NCBI RefSeq assembly: GCF_038025025.1
Contig: NW_027117338.1
Coordinates: 2,232,001 to 2,296,000 of the forward strand
Length of the DNA stretch: 64,000 bases
Direction of reading: 5' to 3'
DNA from: Phyllosticta citribraziliensis
Taxonomy: Eukaryota
The translations under genes were made by a program, and so were the position numbers. The notes under the pieces are model-generated. The model was not told the DNA's origin. It saw only the letters and a list, made by a program, of their open reading frames with translations, and searched no databases. Shown in pieces: positions 13,614 through 26,175 of this stretch (its first letter is position 1; the number at the start of each line of letters is the position of its first letter).

Positions 13614-14315
13614 AACGGGGGAGCAGTGAGCATGGCGACATGAGCAGAGATTCGGCTTCAAGGGAGCAAAGCATCGCATTCCCATCTCAAGGCGGGGAAA
13701 GGACGCGTGGTGAGATTCTGTAGCAAAATTTCTTCCAATCCAAGTTGAGGGCTTCATTCATCCCCCAAAGAGTCACGATACTCCCCTGAATCCTTGCAGC
13801 TAGCACCTGGTGTCTGTGAAAGAGAAGTGGCCCTGGATTGTTTCGGCAGATCATCGCAAAGGAGAGGCTGACGAACTCATTGCAGCGTGCGTCACTGGTT
13901 CTTCATTGTCAACACTCCCGCAGCAAAATTGTTACTCTTGCAAACGGATTTCCTCCATAAGAGGCTGAAGTCTAACTGTATAGCTCACTTCGCAAGGGAC
14001 TAAGAGCTGGACGGAGTCGTGGCGAGATGTCTGGCTATTGGAGTTGCAGACGCCATCGGGGTAGGTAGTTGATCCTTTTGCACGAGCACAGAAGTCACCA
14101 GCGGTTTGCAATTGAGATGGTTCAAAGTTGTTTTTTGAAGTCTACTTGCTAAGGAAATCTTCTAGGATATTCGTGCCTTTAGTCCGTGCCGTCGTCGACT
14201 CTTCCTGCAGATGAGAGCGGTTGGTGAGATAAACTGACGCTCGTTCATGTCCCCTTTCTTTCCTGCGACTCTGACCGGTAATGTAGTCATGATATCGTAG
14301 GTGGAAGATGGGAGG

Positions 14316-14531
14316 CTACTTTCCTCCGAGGCCAGAGCACATCGATCGTTTCAAGAAAACAATCCTCAGGGGTAATCGAGGCCGAGGATGATGCTTGGTG
14401 AAATCGTCATTTGGGAAGCTCAGAGGGTGCTCTTCTAAATGTTGCTTTCGTTGGAAAACCACATACTGATTTGGCTCAATCAGATATTCGGCGATTTTGA
14501 TGATGAGTTCGTTGGGAAGTGCAGACGCCAT
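14316..14531 (-). pseudogene. Truncated F-box-like ORF (paralogue of the 15926 locus)
   Basis: Starts MASALPNELIIKIAEYL (F-box-like LPxE..xI..YL) and stops after 71 aa. Confidence 0.45.
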
Positions 14532-15130
14532 GTCTCCGAAATCCGCTAACTCGATGAAAACGATGTGGCTGAACTGAGCACCCTGTCAGCTATAAAAGAG
14601 GCGGATGGCAAGAAACTGAACGAACAGTCTGCGCCATGCAATCACTTGGGCTATCTAAGACAGATTGAGAAACACTGGCGGGGAAACAAACAGAAGCATC
14701 TACATTTGCTTGGACAGTAGCAACGAGCGGCCATGACAGTCAGGAAGATTCGATCGTACCGGTGTATCTCCTTCTTCCACTGCATGGTCTTTGTTCAGAA
14801 CTTGTCGGCTTTGATAGGCCACTCGGCGCACGCATGAGACACGGACAGATGTGAATGGACGCGGAGAGACATTGTTGTGTGGCTGGTTCTTGGAAGTTGG
14901 CCATGGGACAGGGGGATGGGCGCTGACCACCGGCATTGAGATAAAGACGGTCGAGCACTGTGCATGATTGAATGTGGGAAGGAAAACAACGAGCTACTCA
15001 GTGTTGGTACGGAATGAATTTGATTGGTCAAGCCTACGGCTAAATCTGTTGCTGTGTCGGTAGAACGAGGCGTTGATGCTCACCTTTATATTCGCTTCCT
15101 TGATTTCGGAAGTGTCCAAATCGCAAGTCC

Positions 15131-15926
15131 TTACTCGGATGGTGGCTGTTCGATCGGAGCCCTCCTGACCAAGTGCAACTCTTCGCTGCTGATCTTCTCG
15201 ATGGCTTCAGAAAGAATGACTGAAATTTTTGACAGAGGGTCTTCAGTGGGGAGCCTACCAAAGCGACCAAAGGCGCCCATGCCCCAGAAAGCCACCGCAT
15301 CTGAGCGGTTGGCTCTCTCGAGGGGCAACCAAGCGTCGCGGAGAAGCGTTCTCAGTAGGGTGAGGAGGATTTGCGGCGAGTCTCCAAATGGGCGGTGAGA
15401 ATTCATTTGGTTCCCCCACACCGTAATATGTATCTTTTCCACCTTGGGCATAAGAACCATACAGTGATCCAAACATTCGATTCTCACATGGCACAAGCGG
15501 CCACATGGAGCCCAGGGATTGCATTTGGAGCAGAGACCTTGCGGATCATCTCGTTGCTCTCTGATCCAACCCCACCATCGAGAAAGGTGAATGAAGCGAA
15601 TGCTCCTTCGCATGGCGAGCGTCGATTCGCTCAAGCCTTGTCGGCAGATGTACAGCTTTTTTGTGAAGCACCTTTGCGTATGCCGCGAGAAGATTTTGAC
15701 TGAAGAGCGCTAGAGCGAGTGCGGAAGGACAACGATGGCATTTATGTTTTCTCCTCCAAAGTTCGCGAGACTTGAGAATGTTGCCTCGTAGGTGCTGGGG
15801 GGTCTTCACGAAGCTCCGGTCCTCTTCAGGATTATCTGTTTCGGGGGCTACAAGGACAAGTTGGCGCAAGTCGACCAGGTACTCCGCAATAATGATTATT
15901 ATCTCGGTCGGCAGATTGGACGCCAT
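15131..15926 (-). pseudogene. F-box-like gene, apparently frameshifted
   Basis: Starts MASNLPTEIIIIIAEYL at 15926. Protein-like sequence continues in a second, overlapping frame (15634-15131), implying a frameshift or unrecognised intron near 15630. Confidence 0.45.
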
Positions 15927-16335
15927 GCCTCGGAGCAAGTCTTTGAATGGGAGCTGTTGAGCAGGGGCTTTCATCTTTTATATCGTGGTGCATGATTGGC
16001 AACCTAACTGAGCTTGTTGCGCAATCGGTATTGAAGAGCCTGGAAGAGTAGAGCGATAATGGCACAAGACGTTTGAAAAGCAGCTTCGAGCCCTTTTCAT
16101 GACGCTTTGGAATATTGTGGTAGTTTGGAAGTCAAAGATTTCAACCAAAATGGAGAATCGACCAGTCATATTCATCGGGTGCGCGGTGCTTGACACAGAT
16201 TCAAGTCGGTTGATAACGCTTTTATTCTACTTTTTTCCAATGTATGGAGATTCAGAGGACACGCTAATGACAACGATGAATCCCATACTTTCGAGACCTA
16301 CCGTTGGTCCGTTTGGAGTACGACTGCGAGGTGTC

Positions 16336-17421
16336 TTATCCAAACAGTGCCTTGACAGTGTCGTAGGTATATTTCAGATCTAGATGCCAGTAGTTGGCAG
16401 TGGTCGGATGCGCCACGAACCATGCTTCGTCCAAAGCTCGGACAACTTCATCCGGGAGAGGGCCCTTTTCCAGATCATTCAAATTCTCTTTCAGCTGGTC
16501 AAGACTGCTGATTCCGATGATGATGCCGTCATTTCCGTTCTTGATATTCAGCGCGGAGTGGTGAACAACCCAGCGGAAGGCAGTCTCAAGGAGGGTCAAA
16601 TTGTGCTTTTGCACAACGGGCTCGATGATGCGGAGCGCGTCCCAAGTGGCATCCTTGAAGTAGCGCGAGCGATAATTCGCTCCCATGCGACCCACGCTTT
16701 CGGAGAATCGACCCGAATCTGGGACATCGCTCGACTTGTATTTCCCGGAGAAGATGCCTCCGGCGAGTGGATTGTACACGACAATGTCGAGACCGTAGCG
16801 CCGACACGCGGGAATGAGCTCGGCCTCGATTGAGCGGGTAAATGCATTGTACATGGCCTGGTAGATGGTGGGACGGACCCATCCATTGGCCTTGCATGTC
16901 ATGACCACCTCGGCAACCTCAAACGCCGTGAAGTTGCTCAGACCCAGCTGCACAAATTTGCCCTGCTTGTGCAAGTCGTTGACGGCTTCCAAAGTCTCTG
17001 CGAATGGCACACTGCGATCCGCCGCATGCAGATAGAAGATGTCGACACAGTCCGTCTGCAACTCGCCCAGGCTCTTGTTCAGACTGGCGGTGATGTTTTC
17101 CCTCTTGTGCAAGCCAGGCTCAACGGGATAGCATTTCGTCGCCAAGGTCAGGCCGCGCTCTTTCCACTTGGCTGCAGCGGTGAAGCTCTCCTGTTTGCCG
17201 CCGACGTAGACTCGGGCCGTATCAATTTCATTGTAGCCCTGGGATTGGAAATAATCGAGGCATTCGGTGTAGGCTTCCAGAGAGGTCAGGCGGGCACCGG
17301 AGGACTCATCAGGACTGCACCATGATCAGATAAGAGACACGGCCTCTTGTTGTGGTGCTTACCCGATGGTCATCAGGCCCAGAATCACACGTGGCTTGGG
17401 CCGCTGGACAACTAAAGGCAT
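16336..17421 (-). CDS. Aldo-keto reductase, aflatoxin B1 aldehyde reductase (AKR7) family
   Basis: RVILGLMTIG, IDTARVY, ATKCYP, DIFYLHAADR, LGLSNF, YQAMYN and YNPLAGG. Exon 1 17421-17363, intron 17362-17315. Confidence 0.93.
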
Positions 17422-17950
17422 CTTGGATCCGCAACGTCGTCAGTGGGGAGGTTGGTAAGAGGGTTGCTGGGCGATTTGGACGGAGAGGAACGCTGAGGAT
17501 CGAAGGAAGACGGTCTTTTGCTGCTGTTGACATGGTGAAGTATGTCGTAGCAGAGGGCGCTATCGGTTAGGCGGGCGGGCCGTGCGGGGGTGGGGGGACG
17601 GTGGAGAGGGCGAGAGGCTGGCGGCGAGCAAGAGTGGAGTGGAGAGAGCGCGCACGAGGGTTGCGTCAACGAAGGGAGAGGGGAAGAATGGTGTTGTGAT
17701 GAAAAGACTGGCACAGGGCTGAGGTGTCGTCCAGGCCACATGTAGCCAGGGACCAGAGCAGAGGCACACGGCACTGGACCTGACCTCGAGCCAACCTCCC
17801 TCCTCCCTCGTCCGGGTGATGATGGCGTTTCAGACACGGACGCTCCCCGAACGCCAAGCACGGAAAGGCCAAAGTTGCAGGTGCACACTGCCTCCAAGCT
17901 AACGCTCTTTACTCTGTCACTCGCGGCCAAACTCCACAAACACCGCATGG

Positions 17951-19789
17951 ATGCATAACCCACCCGCCCAATCCGCGAGTAATAAATTTCCTCTTCGGGA
18001 ACCTTCTCTCCTTCATCCACACCACCGCGATCCAGAATCTTCCGCCTCGTCCGACCCCCTCAGCTCTCCCGTCGTCCTGTCTTCGCAACATTCGTCGAGA
18101 ACAACGTCACCATTCGTCAATATTCCACCTCCCGCGACCAGCGAGTCCGCCGCACCCAACGTCGCCCACCACGGCCCCGCCATCGAGCTGCAAGATCAGG
18201 AGGTCGAGGCCGCCGAGACTGTTAGCGAGCTCGCATTTGAAGATTGGGAACTCGGAGCAGGCAGCCAACACGGCGACCCAAGGACCAGTACCGACGCAGA
18301 CATGCCTTCAGACCTCAGGCCGTCGTACCATCGACACTCAGAGGGTCGCTCCCATCAGCCCTTGCTTGGCAACAAGAGAGACGACCGCGGTAGCTACGAT
18401 GACCAATCGCGGCCCATGCTGAATGGCCGCCGGAGGACATTTCACGAAAGGGACCCCGATGTCGAAGCCGCAAATGCCACCCGGAAGAGATACATGTACG
18501 CGGGAGGCTTCTTGCTGCTGAGTTTGGTCAGCTTTGCCATCCAGACGGAGACGGCTGTGTACATTCAACACAACCTTGGCTGGAACAAGGCGTACATGAT
18601 GCTGTAAGTCGTAGACCCTTGGGATCCATTTTGAACATGGACCGTCATTACGTCATGGTTACTGACTTTGATCCCTTGCAGATATCTGACCCACGGTTCA
18701 TGGTCTCTTTTATGGCCTGTCCAGCTGTTGATTCTGCGCGTTCAAAAGTGGAGCATGCCATGGCCGGCATTTTGGCGCCGCCATGTGCAGATACTGCGGA
18801 CGACGGCACAAATGGTAGAACACAAGACGCTTCATCCCCATTCTCGTCAGGCAGCAAAGTCGCCGGTCCCGTACATGATCAAAATGACAGCTTTTGTGAC
18901 TTGTGCCTTGACCGTTGCTGGTGGCTCCTGGTACGTCGCAGTAGACTTGACGACGGCCAGCGACTTGACCGCCATCTACAACTGCTCCGCCTTCTTCGCC
19001 TATGCCTTTAGCATTCCGTTGCTCAATGAGAAGGTCCGGTGGTCCAAGGTCTTTGCTGTCGCAGTCGCAATCGCTGGCGTTTTGGTCGTGGCCTACGGCG
19101 ACACAACTCCGGCCAAGCATGGAGGCAAGTCAGGGGGCGGTACCGGCGGTGACAAGGCTCCGCCAGAGACCAACGAAGCCAGCAACCGCGCGCTTGGAAA
19201 TCTCGTCATCGGTGTCGGCAGTGTGCTGTACGGTTTCTACGAGGTCCTGTACAAGAAAGTGGCGTGTCCGCCGGACGGATGCTCCCCGGGGCGTGGCATG
19301 ATCTTTGCCAACACCTTTGGCAGTCTCATCGGGTCCTTTACCTTGCTGGTATTGTGGATTCCAATTCCGATCCTGCACTTTACGGGACTCGAGACGTTTG
19401 AATTGCCCCGAGGCGAGCAGGCTTGGATGATGGGAATCTCTGTGTTGGCCAATGCTAGTAAGTCTGATTGACGAAAGATTTGGCAAACATGCGCTAACAT
19501 TCTACTAGCATTCTCTGGATCTTTCTTGGTCTTGATCTCCCTCACTTCGCCCGTCTTGTCGTCAGTTGCTGCGCTTCTCACGATTTTCATCGTCGCCATC
19601 ATCGACCAGCTCCTGCCTCCGCCTCTCAACTCGCCCTTGTCTGCCGCGGCTGTGCTGGGTGGCTGCCTCATCATTGGCGCTTTCCTCATGCTCAGCTGGG
19701 CAACTTACCGTGAGATGGACGAGGAGAGGCGGAAGAAGCTTGAGGAGGACGTGAGCGATTCTGATGTTGAAAGTAGGCTCGGCGACTGA
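17951..19789 (+). CDS. EamA/DMT-superfamily (SLC35F-like) membrane transporter
   Basis: Hydrophilic N-terminus followed by many TM helices, including SDLTAIYNCSAFFAYAFS and LTSPVLSSVAALLTI. Exons 17951-18603, 18682-19457, 19509-19789. Confidence 0.88.
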
Positions 19790-20298
19790 AACGACATACA
19801 CGATTATTCAACATTTTCGTTTTTACATGTAGGGCGGCTTGGGTCTTGGAGCATTACGCTTGTGGCTCTGATGTGCGTTTGTCTAACGAATGGCGTTGAC
19901 TACATGGAAGAATCGCATGTCACCAGCCGGCCTATTACGCTCGGCACTGGTTTCGGAGTTTGGACTTGATTTAGCATAGACTTAGATAATAGGGAAAGCA
20001 GATACGATGCTGTATCTGCGGCTTTCTCCCGTACAGCTCTGAAATGGAAAGTTGACTTATTGGTTGCAAATTCATCAAGCTCTACCGTACTCTGTCATCA
20101 TCGCCGCACCGCCTCACTTCCCCGGATGAAGTAAACGCCGAAGTTCAGCCCAGCTACGGCCGCGACAACGTCAACCCCCGGCGCCCCGCTAGGCACAACA
20201 GCTACCACGTCCATCATCACCACCCTCCGAGCTCCTTTGAGTCGCGCTCGCCAACTACAATCCTTCCTAGTTCATCTTTGGTCGGCTCTTCAATTACC

Positions 20299-21791
20299 AT
20301 GGCGGAGGCACCCATTGGTACGTCACAGCTCCCCCAAGCTCCTGAGCTCCACTGACGCATGCCTGCCTTCAGTCCTCGATGGCGGGACTGGGTTCCTCAA
20401 GGCCGGTTACGCCGGACAGGTGCGTCCTCTACTTCGACCGCCCTCTACATCACTTGGCCAAACCATTCGGACGACTGACGCGCCGACGTAGAACTTCCCC
20501 GACCACCAATACCCCTCCATCGTTGGCCGTCCCATCCTCCGTTCCGAAGAGCGTGATGCCGGAGACATTGTGGTGAAGGACATTATGTGTGGTGATGAGG
20601 CTGCGGCCGCGCGGTCACTGCTCCAAATCACGTATCCTGTATGGCATCCCCCCGGGCAGTAGTCCCCTGAGCTCCACGTCCGCCCTCAGCTGCAAGGCAG
20701 ACGCGTGCTGACTTGGTATCGCATGGCATAGATGGAGAACGGTATCGTCAAGCGTTGGGACGACATGCAACATCTCTGGGACTACACTTTCTACGAGAAG
20801 ATGAAGGTGGATACGACTGGCCGCAAGATCCTGTTGACCGAGCCGCCCATGAACCCCCTTAAGAATCGCGAACAGATGGCCGAAGTCATGTTTGAGCGCT
20901 ACAACTTTGGCGGAGTCTACGTGGCCATCCAGGCCGTGCTCGCCCTCTACGCGCAGGGTCTGTCGTCGGGTGTCGTCGTAGACTCGGGTGATGGTGTCAC
21001 CCACATCGTCCCGGTCTACGAGAGTACCGTGCTCAACCACCTCACGCGGCGTTTGGACGTGGCTGGACGTGACGTCACGAGGAATCTGATTGCGCTGCTT
21101 TTGAGGAGAGGATACGCATTGAACCGTACTGCCGACTTTGAGACTGTCCGCCAAATCAAGGAGAAGCTCTGCTACGTTTCGTACGACCTCGAATTGGACC
21201 AACGCCTTAGCGAGGATACAACGGTCCTGGTGGAGTCGTATACGCTGCCCGACGGCAGAGTCATCAGGGTTGGCAGTGAGCGGTTCGAGGCTCCTGAATG
21301 TCTGTTCCAGCCGCATCTGGTAGACGTCGAGCAGCCTGGCATGGCCGAATTCCTCTTCAACACTATCCAAGCTGCCGATGTAGACGTTCGGTCAGACCTC
21401 TACAAGGCCATTGTGCTCAGTGGTGGAAGCAGCATGTACCCTGGACTGCCAAGCAGACTGGAGAAGGAGTTGAAGCAGTTGTGGTTGACAAAAGTTCTTA
21501 ACGGCAACCCTGAAAGGCTCAACGTGAGTGTTGCCCGCTCTAAGGGCCTGTGGCGGTGCACTGACAAATCAAACAGAAGTTCAAGGTGCGCATCGAGGAT
21601 CCGCCAAGGAGAAGACACATGGTGTTCATTGGTGGAGCCGTCTTGGCCAACATTGTAAGAATGGCCCGTATTCCTCGTGTAATTTTCAATACTGACTGGG
21701 ATAGATGTCCGACAAGGAGAGCATGTGGGTTAGCAAGGCTGAGTGGGAGGAGCAGGGCGCGCGTGCATTGGAGAAGCTGGGCGGAAGATGA
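20299..21791 (+). CDS. ARP2: Actin-related protein 2 (Arp2/3 complex)
   Basis: [71 protein letters not shown]. Exons 20299-20317, 20373-20419, 20492-20638, 20732-21523, 21577-21654, 21705-21791. Confidence 0.97.
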
Positions 21792-24700
21792 TGTCAAGAC
21801 GACAGAGACGACTGCCTGTCGCAACACGAATTCAAGAGGCCGCAGACGCAAAAGTCGAGGCCGGCATCGAAATCCAAGTCTTGAGCATTCCCAAACAAGT
21901 CGCGTCCTGCGCAAGCGCAACACAATCAAGTGATGTCAGGCCTAAAGCTCGAGGCCTTGGCCTAGCATGTGCAGCGGTTCATGTGGACGATGCATCGAAA
22001 GGATATCGAAGTTTTGCAAGGCGTCCTAAACCCGATGAGTCTGGACAACGATCTCTTTGGGGCAAGCGTTTGATCAAAGGTAAGCGTGACAGTGGTGTGG
22101 GACGCGGCTCAGGAAGTCCCTGTGCCTGGAGCCGTATGCCCCGCAGCCATGGTTGTTGACAATGACGCTTGGGGTCTGGATCCAAACGAGCGCAAAAGTG
22201 ACAATGGTTTTTTGCTTCTCCACTCAATCGCAACACAGGCAACCAGCTCGTTTCTGATAGAACTCGACCTTATCGGCCAGAATTGTAGCAGCCACAGCAG
22301 CAATGGCGCAACAAGTGCCGGGAGCTACTGTCTGGTGCAAGCCATGCCCTTGTAGATACCTGGCGCGCCGTGAGTGCAGCCATGGCAGGATCGAGATCAA
22401 CACCACCATCATGACCATCTGACTTTTGGATTGACAGCGCCAGAGCCTCTGAACGACAATGTCGACCCTCCTCGACGACCCAGGGCCTCCTATAATCAGC
22501 TCGTCCATCCACACAAACAATCCCGACGTAGCCTATCCGCTGCCCACCCTGGTACATCCCACGACCCTGACGCTTGAGACGAGACGGAGCTCCCTGTCTG
22601 CCCCTCACTGCACCTACAGCCGCTCGTCACCGCCAAACGAAGCCTCAAGACCTGGACGGACGTGGGCACATAGGCCACCCGCCTAGGACTTGACCCTACC
22701 CGTCGAGCGCCGCACCCAATTGCAGAGCTGCCCCTCCACACGCGACGAGACCCTCTTTTGCCCTGAGATTTGGGGCAGCGGTACGTCCCTCGAAATTGGT
22801 CGAGACACCAAGCCCACCACCAAGCCTATACCGCTCGTGGAAGGCAAACGGTCGGCATCCCGGGCGGTGTGCGCAGATCTCAATCGGACGTCAACACACT
22901 TGACCTCATCCGTTAATCCGGTACGTACTCTGCCCTGTCCGCAGCGCCGGTCGCGTGTGGAGCGCTAGACGAGGGCGTCAAGCACCGATAGAGTACTCGA
23001 TGGTGTTTCGAGTCGTCTCATAGGCTCGTATCTCTCCCATGCGCTGATGATGATTATCAGAAGGGATATTGGCCTCGCAGCCTCGTAGCCTCATCGGGTT
23101 GTCGCTCTGTGTGTCGCTATAGCGGCGTCGACGGGCGACCCGGCTGACAGGGCAGAGCAGGGCAGGGTGTGCGGCTGCCGTCGTGTCCCCTGCTCCTTGG
23201 ACACTGATGATGCCTGCTGGCTCCAGCATCAGCATCAGCACACGCTCGCTCGTTGGCCGAGCCCACAAAGCAGCATCGAGCTCCGGCGCGCCTCATGGGT
23301 CGAGCGGCGTGGGTTGAGAGGGGAAGATGCTGCTGGGCATTCTTGCTGTACTGTACATGCTCCCCGTTCTAAAGCAGCCACGGAAGATACGTCGCTACGT
23401 CACTCGTTTGGCTCGACAGACTTTCAGGCGCGCTGCTCTTGCTGCTCTTATGCTGCCCTGCAATGCCACGCCGAGCAGCGCACGCGGCGGGGCATGCGAA
23501 CTGCTTGCTTTCTGGCTGAGCTGAGGTGGGGGAGGTGTGTGCATTTGTCTTTACGCCTGTAATCTGCATGGCAGCCATTGGGACCAACTGGAACGTAGTC
23601 AAGACTGCGACGACCTTGGTGGTGGGCGACAAGATTGAGGGGCGTACGATTGGTGTTTGAGACGAGGTCAATTGGTGAGTTGGAGTCGAGGCATTGGCTT
23701 GTGAATAAGCCTTGATGGAAACAACGGTCCAGGACAACCGATCCGGCCAAGTGCGCAGCTGGAGACGCCGGGTGCGCGTGAGCCACGCGGCAAAGCAGAC
23801 GAACGGAAGCAGTCCATTATTCCCATTGTCGAGAAGAAGCGGGACGGGACATGTAGGACGGCCGTCTGACCGCATTGGCAACGGCTTGCACGAGCTAAAC
23901 GGACGAAGCCGTGGGTTTCTTCTCTCGTGATGGTGACGGTACCGGCTATAGCTGCAAAACATGCGCCAATCGGTTGTTTCCATCTGCCAGTTGCTCACAT
24001 CACACAAGGCACCTCAACGTCAGTGGTTGTCTGGCGCTGTCCGTCACATTCTGACATGCATTCCATTATTTTGCCCGACGCAACTTGTGCCCGCTCGTCC
24101 GTTTCTGCGTTGAATCCCAGCAGCCATTGGCGAATCAAACGCCGACCGTCGGTGGCCAGCGTGCCCCGCACTCTCACGAGTCTGTCTCTTCCAAGGACGC
24201 GGTTCTGTCTGCAGCCGACCTGTCGCGGCAAGGGGGAACGACTGAACGACCGAACCTTTTCGCTTGTTGCTCGAGCTTCGCGTGTCAGGAATCGGACCAC
24301 GGCACAAGGGGGGCGTCGTCGTCAGTCGAGTCGTTAGAGCGGCGAGCAAATGCTGACAGATGCAGCCAAGCGAACGACACACGGACGACGACGACGGCGA
24401 CGACAACGACTGATCGGTTGCCGTGGTGCTTTTCCTCGCATGGGCGATTCGCGATTCGGGCTTCGGCGCTAATACACCACCATGTTGGCGCTGATTTTTT
24501 CTGGCCCTGCACTCTCACGGCCATGCCAACTGGCAGCCACCGCTGTTGCGAACATGCCAACGACATATCGATAGCGGCGGCCGGCGCTTCTCCTATCGCA
24601 CATGTGCGAGGTAACCGCGCCGCGCCGTCGCAAGCACTGGTGCGGCTCTGATGGCCCGTCCTCAAAAATCGAAAGAGAAACCCACCTCTGCGGTTCGCTC

Positions 24701-26145
24701 GCTCGGCGGCGTGTCCGGCGCCAATAGCCGTCGCTGATCAATGGGGCTGCCGCTGGCGCCGCCGCCGCCGTTGCTGGGCTGGCACTGACAGGCTCCTGTC
24801 GTTCCAGCAATAATGTCACCGCCAGCGTCCTTGGCGAACACCCAACCTCACCCAAGGTGGGGGGGCTGAACGTGATGGGTGACGTCGTTGTGGGAGAACA
24901 GTCACTTTCTCTTTGTTTTCCATCGCGTCATTCCGTCATTTTTTCGTTTTCATCTTCGAAAACGCCGCAGCCATGCGGATCAGTCGTTTTGTTCTTCCTC
25001 CACAAGGCTGAATTTCCAGGGTCCAGTGGTCGTCTCTCGATACGAACACGGGTCTCACGGCTGCCCTGCGGACGTACGTGCTTGGCTACTGGCCGCCGTG
25101 GCTCAAGTGCAAGGAGTTGGGAAGGCGATAAGACGATGGATCAAAGCGGCGCATTGCGAATAGGGAGAGCTTGACTCGAAAAATACGGCAGATCATCCCC
25201 CGTACGACAGAACGACAAGACGGCGCTGACTGGTGACGAACAGGGCTGACCTTGGTGTGGCAGGACACGACCAGCAAACCAGCGAGAAAAAATTTCCATT
25301 GCCGTTGGTGACCGACAATGGGCAAATCATCCGCGCCATGACGGACTATGGGAACGGTGGCCGGCAAACTGTCACCCCGTGGCGTGCCTGGCTTGGGGTG
25401 TGCGACACCTCCTCCTCCACCACCACCAACTCTCATGTCCGTATCCAGAAATCGGGCAGTCTACGGATGGAATCACATGAAGCTGCGTTGATGGTGGTAG
25501 TGGTGATGGTGGTGGTGGTGGGTGGTGGTCCATGCAGGCAGCGGGCGCAGTGGGAGGGAGCAGTGAGTGGCAGCGGATGCAGGTACCTCTCTCTGTACCA
25601 CCAGCACCCACCACCAGCACCACAAGCGTTTCCACACACTCCGCTTCCAAAGACCCACTACCACACCACACGCACAAAAAAAAAGCTTCGTTATTCCCGG
25701 CGCCAATGCACGCGCGGTGGCTCTCTCTCGACGTCGTTGTTCGCGCGTTTGAGCACGCGACAGGTTGGCGAGCGGCACGGCACGCACGGCATCCTCTTGT
25801 CATTTGTAGCGGTCTACCCATCTGCCTCTTGTCCTCCAGCGCAGAATCGGCTGCGCCGCGTCTCCAAGTACGTAGGTACACATAGAGGCAACAAGGTGGG
25901 TGCGAGGTACCCTGATACGTATGTAGTTAGGCAATCGTAAATTCGTCGACGCCGCCTTATCATAGCAGCAGCGACGAGATGCTCCGCAGAAGGACCTACC
26001 CACCTCACCCACCTATCTTGCAAAAGTCTAGACGCAGAGAGAACCTAGGCCTTGTAACCGGACGGGTTAGGCTGCCTGGGGCTCGACTGGTCGCCCGTTG
26101 GTAACAGGCGGGCGGGCGGGATAAACGAGATGGGTTGCATGAATG

Positions 26146-26175
26146 TGGTGGTGGTGGTGGTGGTGGTGGTGGTGG
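26146..26175. repeat. (GGT)n microsatellite
   Basis: Direct inspection; one of many simple repeats in the 22-34 kb region. Confidence 0.85.

Noticed and set aside
20615..21370. 251-aa antisense ORF over ARP2, and similar antisense ORFs over DnaJ, the amine oxidase, MAF1 and the HisD-like gene
   Set aside because: Shadow frames expected from strong GC3 codon bias on the sense strand; no independent motifs.
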